Shown here in pieces: positions 1 through 36,157 of a DNA stretch of 64,000 bases. This stretch comes from Macrostomum lignano. Its lineage: Eukaryota. The notes under the pieces are model-generated. The model was not told the DNA's origin. It saw nothing but the letters and a program-made list of their open reading frames with translations, and did no database searches. The stretch covers positions 1 through 64,000 of the forward strand of contig NIVC01002242.1 of NCBI GenBank assembly GCA_002269645.1, read 5' to 3'. Numbering within the stretch: the stretch's first letter is position 1; the number at the start of each line of letters is the position of its first letter. A program made the translations under genes and the position numbers.

Positions 1-219
1 CGATCCCTAAACGATGCTTTACTTACACCACCCGGTGATAACATCAATGCGCGTCCAAAATGACGCAACCAATCAGAAAGCGACATACTGAAATACGGGC
101 TGCCGCTGGCTTATCCTACAGCAAATTTCATCAGATAAATAGCCTCATCTGTTATAAACGCGCAGTCAGTTTCTCTCCAGAAACAAACGTGCAGTGATTA
201 GCTTATTAATTAAACAAAT

Positions 220-2614
220 ATGGATGCTTTTACTGACAACAACAGCGACGCATTGTCAGAGGTCGCAAGTTCGACTCCTAGCATGGAGCATCAGTGCAAA
301 CGAAAGCAGAAAAAGTTGCAGCAGCAGCCGCAGCCGCACCAGGAGCAGCAGCAGCAATCGAAGCCGCCTTACAGCTACATCGCGTTGATCGCCATGGCGA
401 TTATGCAGTCTCCAGACAGGAAGCTGACACTTAGCGGCATCTGCGACTTCATTGCCAACAGATTCCCGTATTACAGAGACAGGTGCTCGCTGAAGAGTTT
501 TTGCTTCATTTTTATTTGCTTTGTCGGGCTTTAATGCTGTACGGGTATTCAATATTACAGCACTTTCGGTTTCACAAAAGACAGAATTTTTTGGCTTTAA
601 GACCGGGGACTACTCTATATTGAGTACTGGGTAGTCCCTACTAAGACTATGGACTCCAAAATGATCGTTAAATCCCACTGACCCAAAATCCCACTGACCC
701 AAAATCCCTCTGACCCAAAATCCCACTGACCCAAAATCCCACTGACCCAAAATCCTACTGACCCAAAATCCCACTGACCCAAAATCCCACTGACCCAAAA
801 TCTCACTGACCAAAATCCCACTGACCAAAATCCCACTGACCCAAAATCCCACTGACCCAAAATCCCACTGACCCAAAATCCCACTGACCCAAAATCCTAC
901 TGACCCAAAATCCCACTGACCCAAAATCCTACTGACCCAAAATCCCACTGACCCAAAATCCCACTGACCCAAAACCCCTCTGACCCAAAATCCCGCTGAC
1001 CCAAAATCCTACTGACCCAAAATCCCACTGCCCCCAAACCCTTGAAACAAAATCCCACTGACCCAAAACCCCTCTGACCCAAAATCCACTGCTCCAAAAT
1101 CCCACAACTGACCAAAAATCTCATCGACCAAAAATCCCTCTGACCCAAAATCCCGCTAACCGACCCAACATCATAATGACCCAAAATCTGACTGACCCAA
1201 GCCCCCGCAATCCTCCGGCAGGTTCCCAGCCTGGCAGAACAGCATCAGACACAATCTGTCCCTGAACGACTGCTTCGTGAAGGTGCCTCGCGAGCCGGGC
1301 AATCCAGGTAAGGGCAATTACTGGGCCTTGGATCCCCGCTCGGAGGACATGTTCGACAATGGCAGCTTCCTCAGACGCCGGAAGCGGTACAAACGACAAT
1401 CGGCTCCGCTGACTGACCTGCTGCTCCAAGCTTACGAGTATCGCCTGCCACCAGCAGCGCTTCCTTCGATGCCGCCGCCGCTCCCGCTGCTGCCCCCGCC
1501 ACCACTGCAGCTGCCAGTGCCGCTGCCGCAGATGCCTCTGCCAGAAGTACTCAATTTGCCAGACTCCTTCAAAATTGACTGTCCGATGGGATTGAAGCCA
1601 GGTATAGATGGGATTGAAGCCAGGTATGGAAGGGATTGAAGCCAGGTATAGATGGGACTGAAGCCAGGTATAGATGGGACTGAAGCCAGGTATAGATGGG
1701 ATTGAAGCCAGGTATGGAAGGGATTGAAGCCAGGTATAGATGGGATTGAAGCCAGGTATAGATTGGATTGAAGCCAGGTATAGATTGGATTGAAGCCAGG
1801 TATAGATTGGATTGAAGCCAGGTATAGATTGGATTGAAGCCAGGTATAGATGGGATTGAAGCCAGGTATAGATGGGATTGAAGCCAGGTATAGATTGGAT
1901 TGAAGCCAGGTATAGATGGGATTGAAGCCAGGTATAGATGGGATTGAAGCCAGGTATAGATTGGATTGAAGCCAGGTATAGATTGGATTGAAGCCAGGTA
2001 TAGATGGGATTGAAGCCAGGTATAGATGGGATTGAAGCCAGGTATAGATGGGATTGAAGCCAGGTATAGATGGGATTGAAGCCAGGTATAGATGGGATTG
2101 AAGCCAGGTATAGACGGGATTGAAGCCAGGTATAGACGGGATTGAAGCCAGGTATAGATGGGATTGAAGCCAGGTATAGATTGGATTGAAGCCAGGTATA
2201 GATGGGATTGAAGCCAGGTATAGATTGGATTGAAGCCAGGTAGTGTCTGGGGTATGAGAACGTCTTACACAATGACCCGCAGGTTACCCTCCAGCTTTGC
2301 GGACTGCTCAGGTTTTGTACTCAGACAGATGCGGCAGCAGCAGTAGCAGCCGAAACAGCAACAAGGATGTACTGCAGCATCCAGCTTCGCTGTCCTTCCT
2401 GCCGCCGCCTGCTCCGCTACACCTGTCGTTTCCGTGGCAGCTTCTGGAATTTTCTGCACCTTACGTGCCTCAGCGGCTGCCTTTGCCGAGTGGATTTGAG
2501 ACAAACAATAAATCACTTAAAGTAAAGGTTAACAGTTCGCATAAAACAGATTTCCATACATATCGGGAAGACAAATACCCAAGTGATGTTGCAACAAGTT
2601 GGTGGCCTGCCTAA
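220..2614 (+). CDS. foxD: Forkhead box D transcription factor, join(220..482,1222..1601,2283..2614), ~324 aa
   Basis: Spliced product reads [41 protein letters not shown]|[58 protein letters not shown], typical of FoxD3/unc-130. GT-AG junctions are frame-consistent (phase 2, then phase 1); exon 3 joins the 2297..2614 ORF frame. Exon 3 is less certain than exons 1-2. Confidence 0.93.
670..1200. repeat. 16-bp minisatellite CCCACTGACCCAAAAT in foxD intron 1
   Basis: About 33 tandem units, degenerating toward the 3' end. Confidence 0.95.
1585..2241. repeat. 22-bp minisatellite GATGGGATTGAAGCCAGGTATA spanning the foxD exon 2 donor
   Basis: About 30 units; the first unit overlaps the last 17 nt of exon 2. 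Confidence 0.95.
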
Positions 2615-3646
2615 CTGCGGACAAAAGACCTGAAAGTGTTGAGGCCAAGAACTAGAAATGGCTTACTAGCTCAGTGTCACTACTTTTTGTCCATTATTCA
2701 TCTTGAAGAGAAATCTTTTCAACAGGTCTTTTTCTTCATTGCTAATGCTCAAGTGTTTTGCGTCCTTAGTTTCTGCAAGATTGTTTTAGGAAGCTAGTCG
2801 GTTGACTTTTGGTTAACCCGGGCCTTATGTGCTGCGACTCTCAGTGGCTAAGTGGCCAGTGGAAACCTACGGAGAGCGCTGAGCTGCCCCACTTGAGCAG
2901 CCTGGCTCATCTCGTCGGCGTATCGATTTGAGCTGTCAATCAATATTACCAAGAAGTCCTGCTGCCCGCTCTAGTGGATAACAGCTTTCTGTCTGTACAG
3001 GGATGTCTGTAGGATTTTGGTACAGAACATGCTCTACTGTATCTAAAACACATCGTTATCTGATAGTACAATCTGTACTTTGGTGAAGAAGATCGCACAT
3101 GCAGCTAACCTGTTGTTGGCTTTTAATATAGACATTGTACGAATATCGCTGTGCCTTTCGTACACAAATTCTTAGAAATCAAAAGTTTTTCGTGAGATGT
3201 AAAAGTTACATAAAGTATAAATTTGTTTCAATTTATTCTAAGCAAACTAATCAAAGTTGAATTCAAAGCCTTAAAAATTTTAATCAGGCTGGAAAAAATT
3301 CAAGCTAGTGATTGCATCTTTTAGAACTTGTTGCTAGGGTCGAAATTCTGAGCGAGCTTAGACGTTACGATTGATCTTATCGAAGCAAAATCCCTGAGCT
3401 TGGAAAAGCTTATCTGTGTACTTAATCTGTCTTCGATTGTATAGAGGGTCAATCGTTACTAAGGGTTCCTGTTTATTGATAAAAAATAGTTTGATCCAAT
3501 CGAGACAGTGCTAGGCTTTAGATTGGTGCACCCCTATGAGTGAATCTGGCATTCTAATTCCACTGATCCTCTGTGGCTGACGAGTGAGTGGGAGGATGAG
3601 AGAGTTGATTGAACTAATCAGCAAAGCCAAGTAGAGGTTTTGTTGC

Positions 3647-4358
<712 letters not shown>

Positions 4359-5659
4359 GATCCAGCTGGCGAAAGTGCACTCCTACATCGGTGCCATGGC
4401 TCGCACATGAAAACGCACCTCTTAGGCCCAACTAGAGAAATGCAGCAGGAAAGATGCTTCGGAGTTTATGGCCGGAACTGCAGGCACATCTGGCTGCCGG
4501 CGTGGGGCCGCTCAGGAGGGACTGACGAAGCGGGGCAGCCCCCAGACAGAGCGGCGCTGGGGACTCTGCAGCTACGGGGGAAGGAACCCGACATTCCGCT
4601 TCATCCATCTACGGCAGCTGCGCTTGTTTTTTTAAGGCCACAACGGCCGTGCTTTTCATTGCCGCAGCTAACCCCATTCACCCCACCCCCCTACATGTAT
4701 ACGACCGACACCAAAAAGCGATGACAGACAGACAGACAGAGACGTACGCGCACCGAAACTGAAGGCTGCCGCCGGGCTGCAGCAGCCGGTCAGGACCGAG
4801 TCACGGACGGCTGCAAAGTGCGACAACAACGCGACTGCGGGCGCAAACTGGAGGTGTCAAAAATGGGGAGCTGAACACTGAAACACTGAAACTTTTCATG
4901 TGCGTGTGCGTGTGTGCTTGCATTTCTGCAACACGCATTTTGGCTGCTCCCATTGTCAAGAGCAGCAAATTGCCTAAATTCCTTGCCCAGATCCCAGTTG
5001 GTATCGAAGCCGTGGTGCGGGGAGGGGTTGCAGTTACACGAAACAAGGCGCGAAAGCAAAATAATTTAGAATATGGCGGTGAAACTTGAAGCCGCCAATG
5101 ACTGGCGAGCCCGCGGCGCAACCAGCCACTGCCATCTGGTCGGGGTCCGTTAAGAATTTTGTGTTGTTTTTGTTATCGCCACTTTGAATGTCAGAGCTGG
5201 CGTGCCGATTCAAGAAAATAGTACGAGATCCTGCCGCTCGATCCGATCTGGCAAACGGATGTGAAAGCAGAACGCACTAAGAAGTTGCCAGATGTTAAGT
5301 CACTGGTCTAAGTTCAGTGAAGTTTCTTTGTTTGGGAAGAACAAAGTCTGTCTGATGCAAAGCATCACCAAGATCATCCAAGCTAAGCCGTACTGCTCAC
5401 TCGGAAGCTGTTACTATTGAGATAAAATGCAGACAAAAACCCGCGATAAGCTCGTAGTTGATCTTTCAGACGTCCTCCAAGATGAAGCAACCTGTTGCGC
5501 CTTCGGTGGCATAAAAGATAAAATGACAAAAACACTGACTAGAACCTACACATCTTTCTCAAAAAATAAAATTCAGGAACTTCATCAAAACAACTTGCTC
5601 GAGAATGCGATGTCTATGCCCGAAACCGCCTTTACCAACGGATCTCTCGCCAGTTTTAG

Positions 5660-6685
5660 CTGACTGACTACGCGAGACGATCCGAGTGTACTTGTAACCT
5701 TGACAACTGGGAGCAGCAGCCCGGTCAGATGCAGGTGCAGAGTCGCAGCACTCGGGACGACTTCAGCGTGGCGGCCATGAGCCTGGCCCTGCTCCGGCTG
5801 CAGGGAGCCAGTCGAGACTGGCGCACATTCAGCGACAGCGAAGACTCCAACTGGAGCCGTCGTCGGCGGCAGTTGTCGCGCTGCAGGCACCGCCGCCGGA
5901 AGCAAATCCAGTTCGGCAGATTCGACAAGAAGATTAGAGAGCCATCAGAGCCGTTGCAAGGCGAACCTTTCCGGCTGAAAGAAACGAACGGCAAAGCCGA
6001 TGATGAAGCGAGGAAACAGCGGTGGCCTGGCAGTGCGGAGACCCCCAGGTGGACCTACAGCTTGGAAGTTCGAATTCACCGACTGGAACCGGAGAGCCAG
6101 ACCGGAAGACCCAGACGGACGCCTTCAGCGCCGGCCAGGGGCGGCTGCTGGAGAAGCGGCAGCGGCAGTTCCAGCACGTCGCCAGCCAGGCGACACGCCA
6201 GGCAGCGCACACTGAGGCAGCCGCCATCGCAGCTGCTGCGCTCTCAGCTGGCGCCGGCTCGGAACAACTACAACCTGACGCCGGCAATCTCGATGACCTC
6301 TGGCCCGGACTCGGACACGACTGAAAAAAGCTCTGCTTGCTCGCCCAGTCCCACTGCCCTGTGCGATCGGTGCAGTCTGGCTGGTTGTCGCCGAGCTCCG
6401 ACTTGGAGGCAGCGGCGTCGGGACTGCAGGGCTGCTGGCGATCCGTCTGGATTCTCTACCTTTCAAGCAGCCGCGATGGCTTCTCCAGGGGCGCCGGCTC
6501 AGCACTGGAGCCTGGGATCCCGACAGCTCCAGCAGCAGCAGCAACACCAGATTCACCTGCAAAGGCTCTATCAGCAGCAGCAGCAGCAGCAGATTCCGAA
6601 CTGCTGGCACGCCTGCTACAGTCGGGCGCCCCAATTTGGCAGCGGAATCTGCGGCCAAACTCGACTATCGCAGCCAACTTTTTAA
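5660..6685 (+). CDS. Hypothetical low-complexity protein exon (341 open codons after a TTTTAG acceptor); upstream exon not identified
   Basis: ORF 5729..6685 stays open upstream to an acceptor-like ttttag at 5654-5659. GC-rich with poly-Q runs like neighbouring exons. No recognisable domain. Confidence 0.4.
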   Translation: MTDYARRSECTCNLDNWEQQPGQMQVQSRSTRDDFSVAAMSLALLRLQGASRDWRTFSDSEDSNWSRRRRQLSRCRHRRRKQIQFGRFDKKIREPSEPLQGEPFRLKETNGKADDEARKQRWPGSAETPRWTYSLEVRIHRLEPESQTGRPRRTPSAPARGGCWRSGSGSSSTSPARRHARQRTLRQPPSQLLRSQLAPARNNYNLTPAISMTSGPDSDTTEKSSACSPSPTALCDRCSLAGCRRAPTWRQRRRDCRAAGDPSGFSTFQAAAMASPGAPAQHWSLGSRQLQQQQQHQIHLQRLYQQQQQQQIPNCWHACYSRAPQFGSGICGQTRLSQPTF

Positions 6686-6964
6686 AGGCCGAATTTTTCC
6701 CTTTCCAACCTGCTTCTCGCGTCTGGATCGAAACGATTGAGTTTTTTTCTTGCATTCTCATCTCCTTTGGCGCACAAAAAGCTCATTTTTAGAGAGAATA
6801 TATTTCTAAAATCTAACGCATTTTTCGTCAGGACGAAACGAACCGGGGCTCAAATTTTTCAAAAGTGATTTTGTGCGACGCCTCGATAAGAAGTCTCCAA
6901 TGCACTGAAAGCAATTGACATCTATTGTGGTCACCTGCCTTCCTCCTGAGCTGGCTTTCAATCA

Positions 6965-7360
6965 CGTTACATCACGAAACGACACATCACATCACATCAA
7001 ACCATATCACATCACATCACCTCACATCATATCACATCACATCACATCACCTTACATCACATCACCTCACATCACGTCACATCACATCATATCACATCAC
7101 ATCACATCACGTCACATCACATCACCTCACATCACATCACATCACCTCACATCACATCACATCACGTCACATCACATCACCTCACATCACATCACATCAC
7201 CTCACATCACGTCACATCACATCACATCACATCACCTTACATCACATCACCTCACATAACATCCCGTCACATCACATCATATCACATCACCTCACATAAC
7301 ATCCCGTCACATCACATCATATCACATCACCTCACATCGCCACACATCACATCACATCAC
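6965..7360. repeat. (CACAT)n microsatellite
   Basis: Pentanucleotide tandem repeat with variants. Confidence 0.95.
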
Positions 7361-7846
7361 GTCGCGTCGCGTCGCATTGCATCACATGTATTTCATGTAC
7401 TACCTGCAAGTACTTAGCTAATTTTTTCGACAGCTTTAGCGAGCACTGATGCGGCTTAAAGAGGAGATGCAAAAGCAGCGCCCATTTAGAACACCACTCT
7501 GTCCTACTGCTTGTACATCTGCTCAGCTGGCAGTGCCAAATTCTAATTAATATTTTGAAGAAAATACGATGGCTACTACTAAAAAGTAATATTAACGCAT
7601 CGTTAGAATAAGTCGGGAATAAAAATCAATTAACGGTGGGGATTTTTCCAGCTGGCTCTCACCTGATTGGCCACATGCGGTCTGGGATTTGAGATGGATG
7701 TCTTGGGGATATATCTTAGCTTGGGGAGAGGAGAGGAGAAAACTCACAGATTCGGACCCCAGTCTGCCAGAGTCTGAAGGAAAATCCCGTGAGTAAGCGG
7801 TGGTTCGACCATATTTCTGATACAATCCTGTCGCTCATTACAGATT

Positions 7847-8698
7847 TTGACACCCATTACCCCTTATCCTGACACCCATTGCACCTTATCCTGACACCCA
7901 TTGCACCTTATCCTGACACCCATTGCACCTAGCTTATCCTGGCACCCATTGCACCTTATCCTGACACACATTACACCTATCCTGACATCCATTATCCCTA
8001 TCCTGACACACATTACACCTATCCTGACACACATTACACCTATCCTGACACATATTACACCTATCCTGACATCCATCACCCCTATCCTGACACACATTAC
8101 ACCTATCCTGACATCCATCACCCCTATCCTGACACACATTACACCTATCCTGACATCCATTATCCCTATCCTGACACCCATTACACCTATCCTGACACAC
8201 ATTACACCTTATCCTGACACCCATTACACCTATCCTGACACACATTACACCTATCCTGACATCCATTATTCCTATCCTGACACACATTACACCTATCCTG
8301 ACATCCATTATCCCTTACCTTGACACCCATTGCACCTTATCCTGACACCCATTGCACCTTATCCTGACACACATTACACCTATCCTGACATCCATCACCC
8401 CTATCCTGACACACATTACACCTATCCTGACACACATTACACCTATCCTGACACACATTACACCTATCCTGACATCCATTATCCCTATCCTGACACCCAT
8501 TACACCTATCCTGACACACATTACACCTATCCTGACATCCATTATCCCTATCCTGACACCCATTGCATCTTATCCTGACATCCATTACCCCCAATCCTGA
8601 CATCCATTATCCCTATCCTGACACCCATTGCATCTTATCCTGACATCCATTACCCCAATCCTGACCCACATTACCCCTATTCTGACACCCATTACCCC
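7847..8698. repeat. 21-bp minisatellite TATCCTGACACACATTACACC
   Basis: Tandem units with several variant types. Confidence 0.95.
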
Positions 8699-9231
8699 AG
8701 CAATTTTTTCTGGGTTAGGGGACAAGGCATGCGCTAGTTTACCAAAATTTCCACTCCGAATACAGAATGCACGGCAAATATTGTTCTTAAAATACAATTC
8801 GAAAGATATTTTCCATGTGCAGCTTTAGTTCGGGCAGCCGTGTTGTGTATTTTGAGCTATACAAAAAGATTGAATAGTATTAAGAAACTATTTCTGTGTG
8901 CGAAGCTTGAGGAAAGCTGAAATTGAGTTTTGTCCCAGTGAAGAGCCCTTGACTACTAAGAAAGCACTTTAGCAATGGTCAGTGATCGGTTTTCCTTCGC
9001 TTGAGTCGATTTGAAAAAATCAAGAGAAATAAGGAGAGAAAAAATGCATTCTGTCTTTCATTTTGCTCAGGCCAATTACAAAGCTTGATTGTAGATTAGC
9101 TCAAGAAATCTCAGGAAACGGACTGTCGGTTTCAAAACTCATTTCAGACGGAGCTCCAGGAATCTCCTAAACACGTGTGTGACATTGTCAGAAAGGGCGC
9201 CCATATTGTCAAGAGTGGCGTGTACTCTACT

Positions 9232-18643
<9,412 letters not shown>

Positions 18644-19359
18644 CGCACACAGCTGGGGGGGGGGGCGAGAGATTAAGCAGAAGATGAGCAAGGTTTTGCC
18701 AGTGGCACAAATTCTATACGCTAGACTAATTAACTACCGACATGTTTCGTAATTAACTTTGTGAAGCACAATGTTTCTATTGTCGTTCTATTTACAATTG
18801 GGAATCGTTCTTGGCTATAATATTCAACTTACATTACGTAACTTGTACACATTTAATAATTCAGCTTCCTGTTGTCGATCAATAACAAAATAAAAAACCA
18901 CTGCTGATTTACACTCATCAGATGTTGTTCTATTGATGTTTAATGTACATGCAAATTGCTTTGTTAATTCTGAGATCCGCACTGCTGTTGTACCTCTCGA
19001 ATACAAAATAGTCAATGGAAGCATAAATACAATTATCTAATTGTCGTATTGATGCCATGCAATTTTCCTTAATCTGAATTCGATTACGTTAAACACGAGA
19101 AATTAGATTAAAACCAATAGACAGCCAAGCAAATTCTTTTTATAAATTGAAGCACCAACCGCAAGAAAACAGCCAACTGAAAGACAAAAATGCAACTGGG
19201 GCAAAAATAGCTAAATACGACGTACAAAAGAAACAAAACAGAAAACAACAAGGCAACAGCACAAAAAACACAAAACAATAAATCACAATACAAACACAAT
19301 GCAACACAATGCAAAATTCAAAATAAAAGTTTAAGGAAACACTAAAGTATTGCAATACG

Positions 19360-19655
19360 AAACTAAAAAAAATCACAAAGTAACTACCGTAATCACAAAA
19401 CATAAAACAGAAAATCACAAAATAACTACCGTAATCGCAAAGCTGCAAAACAACAAATCACAAAATACTACCGATCACAAAGCTGCAAAACAAAAAATCA
19501 CAAAATACTACCGATCACAAAACTGCAAAACACAAAACAAAAAATCACAAAATACTACCGATCACAAAACTGCAAAACACAAAACAAAAAATCACAAAAT
19601 ACTACCGATCACAAAACTGCAAAACACAAAGCAAAAAAACACAAAAAAGAAAACT
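19360..19655. repeat. A-rich ~47-bp degenerate tandem repeat
   Basis: AAAATACTACCGATCACAAAACTGCAAAA recurs. Confidence 0.8.
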
Positions 19656-21339
19656 GCTAACTAAAGATTTGTATGCATTACAATGAAATCCAACCAGCAG
19701 CTTTCTAACACCAATTTAAGCCTTTTCAAACCTTAAGAGGCATGCCTATACTTTAAGGTACATCATACGAGTTACTCTAGTCTCAAAATTAAACACAAAG
19801 CTTTTCGACTTCAATGCCAAAGAATCTGGCTGATTGAACCAGGGGAGTCTCGTCTAGTTTAATCGGCTATCGATTACGTAAGAGTACTGAAGCAATACAG
19901 TGACCGCGAGTGGCACCGCGTGATTGACAGGCGACTGTAGACTTGATATCGATTTGTTAAAACTTGATAATCTTTCTCATTTTTAAAGCTTATTTAGCTA
20001 CTACTTTTCAAAGCAACAAAAACTTTTTAAACAAATTTTAGTTCAGTAGGAGACAGAACTATCAATAACAATTTTGCTTGGCTAAGATTGAGCTGAAAAA
20101 TTACAATAAAACGAGGGTACAGTGTACTTTAGATCAAAATAAAAAATATAATTAATGGCAAGCCATTCTTGGACACTTATGCAGCTCGTAGCTGTGCTGT
20201 GAAATAATAAATAACAAAGTTATCGGAATTTGGAATTCAAAATTTTATTATTACGTTACTAAAGTGCTTATCAACTACTGAAAACTAATTTCAATCAGTA
20301 GTTTTGCCGAACATTAACAGGGTTACTACTGATATAATGAGTAAATTGATTAAGCTACTGATAAAACGCTTATAAACTACTGAAAACGAATCTATCAGTA
20401 ATTTTTTTGGATTTTAACAGATTTAAAAACGAACAAAGAAGTAAAAAAGTAAGAAAAGTATTTCGTATATGAATAAGCTATGGACAAGGTGGTAATAGAT
20501 GATTTCTGCATATTTTTATTTCGGAGAAAAGTTATTTGTGAAATACTTACTAAGAAAGGTTTATTAATCCATATAAAGAACAAAGGGGTGCCATAGTGTG
20601 GGAGCGCCATACTATGAGGGCGCCATACTATGGGGGCGCCATACTAGCCTGTGGGCGCCATGAGACCGCGTGTCTGTCTGGTCTCGCGCTGTGGTAAAGA
20701 CCGCAGCGAAAAAGCGCTAAGCTCGCATTCAGTGCTAGTTTAGTTTAAACAACTCTGAACCAAATGATGATGAAGGCCTATTTCTAGCTGCAAAGAAAAT
20801 ATGAAGTTAAAAAAAACAGTTAAAAACCTCTCACAACTGCCCCTTGTGGTTGCTACAATGCCTCTAGCATATGTGGCATATGAAATGTCAAAAAATTTGA
20901 GTCTTCAGTATAGAGACCCTCTCGGGCTAAAAATAGTTCAATAGCAGCGGTGCAATGGGCAGCGCCAAGAAAAAATAATGCAAAACAATTGTCTCAGCTT
21001 CATCTTCATTTTCTGAGATCTAAAAGCCTTTAAGACACTCGCCGTGTGTAAAGAAACGGAGAGAAAGAGAGTTAGATTTGATACAATAGATTCGTCAGGT
21101 GAGAATCGCACTAGATAGATATACCGTGCTAGATATACCGTGGTCCCGTCATTGGCCGGCCCGGTGCAGACCCCCCCACCCCCCTCCCCACCAGAGCAAC
21201 CATAAAAAACTTTAGAGATTGCAGCTAAGTCACGCATAGGCAGACCTTCTCGCAATTCTGCTCAAGCGCGGAGCAGTTCTCATCCCACCCCTGGTTCTAA
21301 TTTGCTACATTTGAAGCGTTGAGATAACTCGACAAGACG

Positions 21340-34870
<13,531 letters not shown>

Positions 34871-36157
34871 CCAACTACTTGCTTTGCCATAGTATTATTC
34901 AAATTGCTTCTTCTAGAAGTAAACAGTTCAGCTGAAGCAGTAAGATTTCCCACCTCGAGGCAGCTGTTAATTCTGGCAAATTTTCTAACACGATCGAGCG
35001 CTGACGAACAGGAGGTGACAAGTGGCGATTCTCAATGGTTGTGCCGCAATTATAACTGCTTTAATTTACCGGCACATATGTCCATGCAGTCATAATTATT
35101 GCTTTAACACAACCACCCTGATCGTATAGACAAGCACCGTCATCAATTATAATTTGTTGAATTATATTGTACGAGTATATAAGTATTTAGGACTCGATTA
35201 GAATTTATGAATGGATTTTCTAGGAAACGAATTTTGACGCTTAAACTCGCGCCAAAAAACGAAAATTTATCTTAAGGAACTTAATATTGCTGGGCTAGAA
35301 ATTCTAATAGGTCGAATTAACGAGCGAATTACGCAATGCTAATATGATTAGCCTCGTTAGTAACGAATGCAGATTTACGGTGTGTATAGTGAAGCGAATT
35401 TGAGAAAAAGATTTGGCGCGAGTTTGAACCACTTTGTGGGCATTGATTACAATCTGCAAGGCTAGCTGCAGTCTAATTAGAGTCAAATCAGTGTACAAGT
35501 GATCTTACTTATTAATTTCTGCAATATCTGCAGCTAGATTAGGATTTCCATTGACCAGTTTTCACTCTGTATATTGATTGCGGTCACCGAAAAGTTTTTC
35601 GACAAATTTTCATTTATTATCATCGATAATTACGAGCTATTACGAGTATTTCACTAAGTTTGGTTTGTAATCACTGCACACACACACACCGGTGTTGCCA
35701 AAGCCTCATCTGGGAAGCTGAATTGAGCAGTCTGTTTAAAAATGTTCTCATTCTCTTGCATTTAAAAGCCCAAGTTAAACACAACTTACTCATTATCATT
35801 TGCAATCATTTTCTTTGATGCGAGTACCGATGCAACACGTGCGAGCGCGCTTATAATATCTATCTATTTTATTTAGAATATATAGCGGTCACTTGAATGG
35901 CTACAATGCTACTTCATATTTTATATGCGTGTACCACCCTGCGAATGATACCTCCCTTCGATAAACTTATAATTTACGAGTATGATAATCTCCAGCGATT
36001 TATTAATTTGCACTGTACAATGTACATTGTACATATGTATCTGCTATACATTTTTGTTAAGCTTATTGATCAAATTAGAAAGAAATACTTCTTTAGTCAA
36101 AATCGTCTTCTTGTACTTCAGTTGTTCACTTTGTATGCAGAATAGTGGGGTGAGTTA

